A stretch of 64,000 nucleotides of DNA from the human T2T-CHM13v2.0 reference genome, Homo sapiens. Shown one piece after another: positions 56,936 through 64,000 of this stretch (positions are counted from its first letter, which is position 1; each line of letters begins with the position of its first letter). Location of the stretch: assembly GCF_009914755.1 (NCBI RefSeq), contig NC_060939.1; one strand, 5' to 3'. The position numbers and the translations under genes were made by a program. The notes below the pieces were generated by a model. That model was not told the origin of the DNA, searched no databases, and worked only from the letters and a program-made list of their open reading frames with translations.

Positions 56936-58964
56936 AACCACAGGGTCCGTTAGAAATCATGCATTTTATTACCATGGAAAGAGAAAAAAGTGGATGTCAG
57001 TGGAAAACAATTAATATCAGCTGCAAATAAACATTATAATAGCAAACAAGAAGCAATGTGGTATTGAGTGTCCCTTCCCCCAAATTAAAAACAGGGCACT
57101 CTTAGACAATTTACTCACTAACTGTAAACTGTTATTAATTATTTTTGGATGGGGCTGACCTTACTTCCTAACATGACATCAAACCCATGTTCTCCCCTCC
57201 TCCTACAAAAAAAAGTTGAATCCCTTCTGGTGCCTTTTTTTGATGTAATTTGGAAGCCCACACTGGGTAAAAACCAAATTATTGTGGCCAGTTGTCTCTA
57301 TTTCAGTGACTTCCCTTTTTAGGGGAAAAAAACTTCTAAAATAGTTTCATGTGTATTATATTTTTAAATTTGGAGTAAATGAGTGCTCACTGAATCCATT
57401 TAGTGCTTGGGTTTATCTGCTTGGGTTTTCGAATTGGTCATGTGGGAGAGGAATTCCTTGAAATCTTTTATTTATTTTGTACTTTATATAAAGCACACCA
57501 TGTTCCCAGGCTCCAATGTTTTAAAAGAAATCCTCACTTCCAAAACAACATATTGTCCAAAGTGGTTGCCCTAGCTCACTCCTCTGGGTAATGGCGGCTG
57601 ACTCATTGTGTGCTGGCCAGACTTAACCTTCCACAAACAGCTTGGATTCTGTAGACACTAGGATAAGCTTCCTGTTTGGTCAGGCAGTGGCTAAGAATCA
57701 AATCAAGGTTGTGGTTTATCTCTCTGGATATGGTATTCAAGATGGAACTCTGTGGGAGAGCTGAGGTATTATCCTGGCTAGATGACAGAGAATGGCTCAG
57801 AGATCCTCTGATCAGTCAGCCCTTGAACTTCTCCAATGGCAAATATCCAAATTCTAATATTTTCACCAAAAGCTTTCCCCTGATCAGCTGTCATGTCCCT
57901 TTGGTTTATACCTTGACTTTCCAGGCATGTAGTCAAAAGGTGAGAATAACGATTTACAGGCTTGGCCCCCCAGGATTTAATGTCATCAGAAACTTCCTCC
58001 CAGATTTCCTCTGAGCTGCTCCTTTCCTCTTCAATAGTCTCTAGATCCCTTCATATATTCTCACACATTTCCCCCCTAAATTCTCTCCACTTTTCACCTC
58101 TTTTTTGTTATCGTCGTTAAATTTGATTTTCCCCCACTTCTGATGCTATGAACAATGGCTCCTGTTCTGCCATTGTCCTAGAATAACCTAATGCACTGCA
58201 TCTACATAGTATCTCTTCCTCATTCCTACAAGAACTTGCTAAATTCTCACCTCATTCAAAATGTAATAAATGAAGGTTCAAAAGTTGTCAAAGGGAATCA
58301 AGGGATTGATGATCATTCTTTGCCATAAATCTAGAGTAAAATCATATTTTAAAGGGTATGCACATAAAATAAAAATATACCCCACCCTCAAATTCTTTCA
58401 TTCAGGGAAGGTTTTCCTCTCCTTTTTCCTCTCCTACTGCTTTGGAGGATTGCGTTACAGAAGTAAGGTAGGAGTATCAAATCGGCTGCTGAATTTTTTT
58501 CCTTTTTTTTTGGCCACCACTTTTTAAAGATTATAGCATTAGTTTGTATCCCTATATTTCTTATTCAAGTTTACTTATTTTCAGATTATTTTTCTTAGGG
58601 TTTGAGGGATAAAATTTAATATCTGGCTTCACTCTGCCACCCTATTCTGGAAGGCTTTTATTATTCCTCAGGTTTTTTAGAGGGGAGGAGATGAACTAGT
58701 TAACTGATTAATTCTAAAAGTCAGTTTCTCAAGAAGACCTTACCAGTTCTACACTAATATTAAGGCTAGGAAATAGTGATGATAACAATAATAATAAAGA
58801 CATAATAAAAGACCATGAAACACATTAGTGTTCTTATACACGCAAAATATTTCCAGGGCTTAGGTCAAAACACGATTAAACATCCCAAGGTAGATATAGA
58901 TAAATTGCAAAATAATAACCTCAAGTCTAGCACCTCTTCACCTACTTCGGCTCAGCCTATTCCT

Positions 58965-60160
58965 TTTCTTTTTAAAAAATTGTGATAAAACACACACAAC
59001 ATAAAATTCACCATCTTAGCCATTTTTAGGTGACAGTGTTCAGTGACATTGAGTACATTCATATAGTGCAACCGTAACTACCATTCATCTCTCCAGAACT
59101 AGTCTTTCTATCTTGCAAACTGAACCTAACCTCTGCACCCATTAAACAGTAACTCCCCATTTCCCGCCACCCCCACCCCGCCCCAGCAACCATCAGTCAG
59201 CTTTCTGTCTCTGTGAATTTGACAACTCTAGGTACTTCATATAAATGAAGTCATACAGTATTTGTCCTTTTGTGACTGGCTTATTTCACTTGGTATTATG
59301 CTTTCAAGGTTCATCCATGTTGTAGCATGTGTCAGAATTCCCTTCCTTTTAAGGTGAACAATATCCCATTATATGTATATACAGAGGTCTTCAAATAAAG
59401 CCAATTTGGTCAATGTCATTTTGTTATAACATTCATGAGGAAAAGAAATCAATTCCTGGCAGGAACCAATGTTTGCATATTCTCCTCACGTCTGCATGGG
59501 TTTCCTCCCATATCCCAAAGATGTGCCCCTTAGGTGAACTGGCGTGTCTACATGGTCACACTGTGAGTGTGAGTGCGTGCCTGACTGTGCCCTGTGATGG
59601 GATGGAGTTCTGTTCAAGGTGGGTTCCTGTGTTGCACCCTGAGTTGCTAAGATAGGTTCTGGCCACCTGTGACCATTAACTGGGATAATTGGGTAAGTAA
59701 TTATCTTATTTTTATTAATCTTTCTTAAATGTATCTATAGTTCACATTTATTTCAATGTTTAATATTAGAAGTGCTTTGGTTTCTATTTAGAAGTTTGGT
59801 GATGCCTTGGTAACCAGAAATATGTTGTAGGAACTTAACTCTTCTTTATTTCAATCAGTCTGTGGTAAAATTAATTTCGTTATATGGCGCTTAGCTTAAA
59901 GACAGTTTCCAAGGACCTATTGACAATGTTAAGTGAGGACTTACTGTATCCTGACTGTTTGTTCATTCCTTCGTCAATGGACATCGGTTTGCATCCACCT
60001 TTTGGTTACTGTGAATATTGCTGTTACGAATATTTGGTGTACAGATATCTCTTTGATATCCTGCTCTCAGTTCTTTTGGATATATATTCAGATGTGAAGT
60101 TGCTGAATCAAACGGCAATTCTATTTTTAATTTCTTGAGGAATCGTCGTACTGTTTTCTA
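58965..60160 (-). mobile_element. L1MB 3' end split by MER6A
   Basis: aacataaaattcaccatctta...gtagcatgtgtcagaattcccttcctttt | insert | tgtttgttcattccttcgtcaatggacat. Confidence 0.85.
59382..59946 (+). mobile_element. MER6A (TcMar-Tigger non-autonomous DNA transposon)
   Basis: TA-flanked; ends cagaggtcttcaaataa / aatgttaagtgaggacttactg; internal tttgcatattctcctcacgtctgcatgggtttcctcccatatcccaaag. Confidence 0.85.
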
Positions 60161-61736
60161 TCAACGTATTCGTTTTAACTTAAAATGTAATCTCATGCAG
60201 GGAGAGATCTGCCCTGGATTTGGGTTTGCTTTTCAAATACTTGGAAACAGAGTCTAGTAATGCTAGTAATTTACTATAGCCTCAAGTTGGAAAAACTGTG
60301 TGGCAATTAAAATCAACCTAATAAACCAAAGGGGAATACAGTATATGAAATAAATGATGAATAATGGATTTGAGTAAGTACTGTTTCCCTACTTGGAAGT
60401 GTGTTATAGATAATGGCCACCACTCCCGTTTGATTTCAGGTGTCCCTGATAAGGCTCTGGGTGACTAGCCCTTGATAGAGTTTGGGGTGTTCTTCTCAGA
60501 GAAAACTTCCACAAAAGCGAGAGAGAAACAGTTTGGAGTCTATTCATCATGGTTTCGTATCCTGTGAATTTCACTGGAATGAATCACTAAATTGAACTTC
60601 CAGAATGCTACCCTGAAAAAAGTGGGCAGAGCTCTCTTTGAACTAAAAAATAAAAAACAAAGTTCTGGAATACATCTTGTGTTCCCCTGCTCGGCGGAGG
60701 GCTGTGTGGAGAGGAGGCTGAATCTGCAGCACGGTGGGCTTCTCACAGCTTGCAGTAGACTTTTCTTGGAAATGACAGGACATATTTGTTCAGACTTTAG
60801 ACTTGTCACTTTTCATACGCTCATAGGTTAGGCCTGGGGTTGCCTGTTTTCAGGTTCTAGGCTTAGTTTTTATTGACAAAATATGACTTCCAGCTTCAGA
60901 AACTGGCTATGGGTGGGAGAGGATGTGCTTACAGAGGCTTGTGTTAAAAAACAAAAAAAGAAAGAAAGCACATCAGGCTTCTAGACATCAAATGGTTCTT
61001 TTAAAACTGCATATTGATGGGTTAAGTGTAAATGATCTCAAAACATGTGGGTTAAATTTTCCAAGAAGCACACATGGATTTCAGAATCAGAAGAAACGAG
61101 ATCTTGGCAATGTTAGTTTTGGGATTTCCCAGACTCCAAATGCTTTGCTGTTCTTGGTGCCTGATGCGTTTCCATAATCAGACTCGGGGTTTGTTTTATT
61201 CCTTTTTTTTTTTTTTTTTTTTTGTGATGGTGACTCAGAGGATGGTTGACTGAATAGTTGTTTTAGACATGAGGCTTTGTCAGTGGCCGAATTAAGCAAC
61301 TGCGAATGAAACTCTACTTGGGCTCTAGTTATTCCATTTGTCTCTCCATATCACCAAATTTACCAATGACCCAGCCATTCTTATCCTCTTTATCTCTTGG
61401 CACATCAATGTGTAATGGTCACCAACAATTCTGCCAACAAAACCGCTTCACCAACACTCAAAGGGCAGTGCAGGTATGAAAGCACAACCACCCAAATCCT
61501 GCATCACTTGGGTGAAAGAAATGGTGAAAGAGGCATCGTGGAACGGAAAACAAGCACAGGCACTGGAGTCAAGCACGGGCCTAAATCTCAGTACCACCCC
61601 TTACTAGCATGTCTTCCTTGTACTCTGCTACCTGGATATCATAGTGTTGTGAGAACAGCGATGGTAACCCATATGAAGTGCCTGAAGGAGTTCTGGGTAC
61701 GTACCTAGGAGGTGCTAAATAAAAGGTAGTTGGCTA

Positions 61737-62014
61737 GGCCGGGCACGGTGGCTCACACCTGTAATCCCAGCACTTTGGGAAGCCAAGGCGGGTGGATCAC
61801 GAGGTCCGGAGTTCGAGACCAGCCTGGCCAACATGGTGAAACCCTGTCTCTACTAAAAATTAAAAAATTAGCCGGTCCTGGTGGTGTATGCTTGTAATCT
61901 CAGCCACTCGGGAGGCTGAGGCAGAGAATTGCTTGAACCCAGGAGGCAGAGGTGGCAGTGAGCGGAGATCGTGCCGCTGCACTCCAGCCTGGGCATCACA
62001 GCGAGACTCTGTCA

Positions 62015-62055
<41 letters not shown>
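61737..62055 (+). mobile_element. AluSg-like with a 40-A tail, at the end of a MIR
   Basis: ggatcacgaggtc...gagttcgagaccagcctggccaacatgg; A-run 62016-62055; TSD core aaaaggtagttgg. Confidence 0.93.
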
Positions 62056-62057
<2 letters not shown>

Positions 62058-62731
62058 TAGTTGGGCGGTGGTAGGCAGCTCCTTATTGCAGTTTCTTTTT
62101 TTTTTTTTTGTATGCTACTCCCTGCTTCCAGAGGCTTCCTTTGCAATCCACTGCCTTTTCCCTAGTGGTCCTCCCATCCTGCTCCATTCCCCAGGCCACA
62201 GTTAGGAAGTGCAAGGATGCATAAAAATGATCTTGGATGCTTTTTAAGAATGCAGATCCCTGGGATCCATGTTCCGTAGCTCCAGATTCTTAGGATGGAG
62301 TGGGAATCTGTAGTACACATGAATGTCTCCAGTGATGCTGATGTAGATCTGAGGCCTGAGCTTGGCAAACAGTTGTCCTCCAGACCTTCCTTTTTGCAGC
62401 CCCGTCGGAAACTATGTGTCCTGCGAACCATGCAAATGTGGTCACAGATAAGAGGCTTAAATTCATGTCCCTTCAGTATCATATTAGCACTTGATTATAC
62501 AACAGGGTTGTATTATTGGAAAATAAATGAGGGATACTCCCTGCGTGAATGTCAATTTTGAAAATGGGGTCTGTGTAGAAAGGGGGCTGGCTGGAAGTCA
62601 CGGTAGAGGGAATTCCTGAGTGGGTCATACCACATCAACGACTGCTCTAATTCCGGGTTCTGCTCTTCTTTATTAAATACACTTGAATTGAAGGCCACTA
62701 CTCTCTGGGATTTTGAAATAATCATTTAGAG

Positions 62732-62910
62732 CAGTGGTTCTCAAAGTATGGTCCCAGACCAACACAACACCAAGGAACTTGTTAAAAATGCAGATTCTCA
62801 GCTTCCTACCCAGACTTGCTGAACTAGAAACTCTGGTGGTGGGACCCAGCAGTCTGTATCTTAATAAACCTTAAGGTGAGTCAGATGCATATTAAAGTTT
62901 GAGAGTCACT
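62732..62910 (+). mobile_element. MER5A (hAT-Charlie MITE)
   Basis: cagtggttctcaaagt...aacttgttaaaaatgcagattctcag...aaagtttgagagtcact. Confidence 0.85.
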
Positions 62911-62916
62911 AATTTT

Positions 62917-63375
62917 ATTTTTTTGTTGTTGTTTGTTTTTGTTTTTAGTTTTTTATTTCCATAGGTTATTGGGGAACAGGTGGTGTTTAGTTACATGAGT
63001 AAGTTATTTAGTGGTGATTTGTGAGATTTTGGTGCACTCATTACCTGAGCAGCATACACTGCACCCAATTTGTAGTCTTTTATCCCTCACCCCCTTCCTA
63101 CCCTTTCCACCTAAGTCCAAAGTCCATTGTGTCATTCTTATGCCTTTGAATCCTCATAGCTTAGCTCCCACTTACAAGTGAGAACATATGATGTTTGGTT
63201 TTCCACTCCTGAGTTACTTCACTTAGAATAATAGTCTCCAATTTCATCCAGGTTTCTTCATCCAGGTTGCTGTGAATGCCATTAATTCATTCCTTTTTCA
63301 TGGCTGAGTAGTATTCTGTCGTATATCACACAACTGTGATATTATATATTATATTATGGCTGAGTAGTATTCCAT

Positions 63376-63427
<52 letters not shown>

Positions 63428-63723
63428 AGTTTCTTTATCCACTCATTGATTGATGGGCATTTTGGTTGGTTCCACATTTTTGCAAGTGTGGATTGTGCTG
63501 TTATAAATATGCATGTGCAAGTATCTTTTTTGTATAGTGACTTCTTTTCCTCTGGGTAGATACCCAGTAGTGAGATTGCTGGATCAAATGGTAGTTCTAC
63601 TTTTAGTTCTTTAAGGAAATTCCACGCTATTTTCCATAGTGGTTGTACTAGTTGACATTCCCACCAGCAGTGTAGAAGTGTTCCCTGTTCACTGCATCCA
63701 CACCAACATCTATTATTTTTTTG
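62917..63723 (-). mobile_element. L1PB1-like 3' end (~0.8 kb) with internal (AT)23
   Basis: tttccataggttattggggaacaggtggtg terminus; ORF2 C-terminus [13 protein letters not shown]...PKCPSINEWIKK; TSD gagagtcactaatttt / gagaatcattaatttt. Confidence 0.93.
63379..63424. repeat. (AT)23 microsatellite
   Basis: Direct observation. Confidence 0.95.
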
Positions 63724-64000
63724 GAGAATCATTAATTTTGAAGAACAAAAGCATATTCTTGTAAGCAAATGTCTAATAACATGTGAATACATGTATATGT
63801 TTAGTTCTGTGTCTGTCCCCAAATGTGTTAAAATAATATATATAACGTGTGTGTATGTCTGTGTGTTTACACATGCACACACACACACGTTGGTCTGTGC
63901 ATAAATGTATCCTGGATATAGACAGAGGAACTCATTCTAGAAATTTTGAGAAGTGAAACTGAGAGTTAGGGTAAATAGAGAGAATTTTACTTTTCACATT

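Noticed and set aside
50977-63888. Reverse-transcriptase-like and zinc-knuckle peptides
   Set aside because: Fragments of dead L1 ORF2 copies, not an intact retroelement or novel RT system.

Overview
Human genomic DNA (Alu/L1/MIR/L2-rich, CpG-poor). It holds the 3' end of SPRED1 on the + strand: the rest of the intron before the penultimate exon, a 102-nt coding exon (8712-8813), and the large terminal exon. That exon's CDS is 10311-10961 (KIT-binding region and cysteine-rich SPR domain), and its ~5.6 kb 3'UTR ends at an AATAAA at 16523. The other ~47 kb is intergenic and mostly transposon fossils: 17 Alu pieces window-wide, L1PA/L1PB/L1M fragments, a near-full-length Tigger2, MER58, MER5A, MER6A, MaLR/ERVL/ERV1 LTRs and microsatellites. 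I find no second protein-coding gene, RNA gene or CpG-island promoter, and no convincing new biological system. The best leads are three. First, a possible cryptic terminal exon just upstream of exon 6 that would give an EVH1-only SPRED1. Second, the dense miRNA/Pumilio architecture of the 3'UTR, including an oddly permuted miR-126 match. Third, several atypical or nested retrotransposition events. Repeat subfamily calls and the borders of old repeats were made by eye and are approximate.
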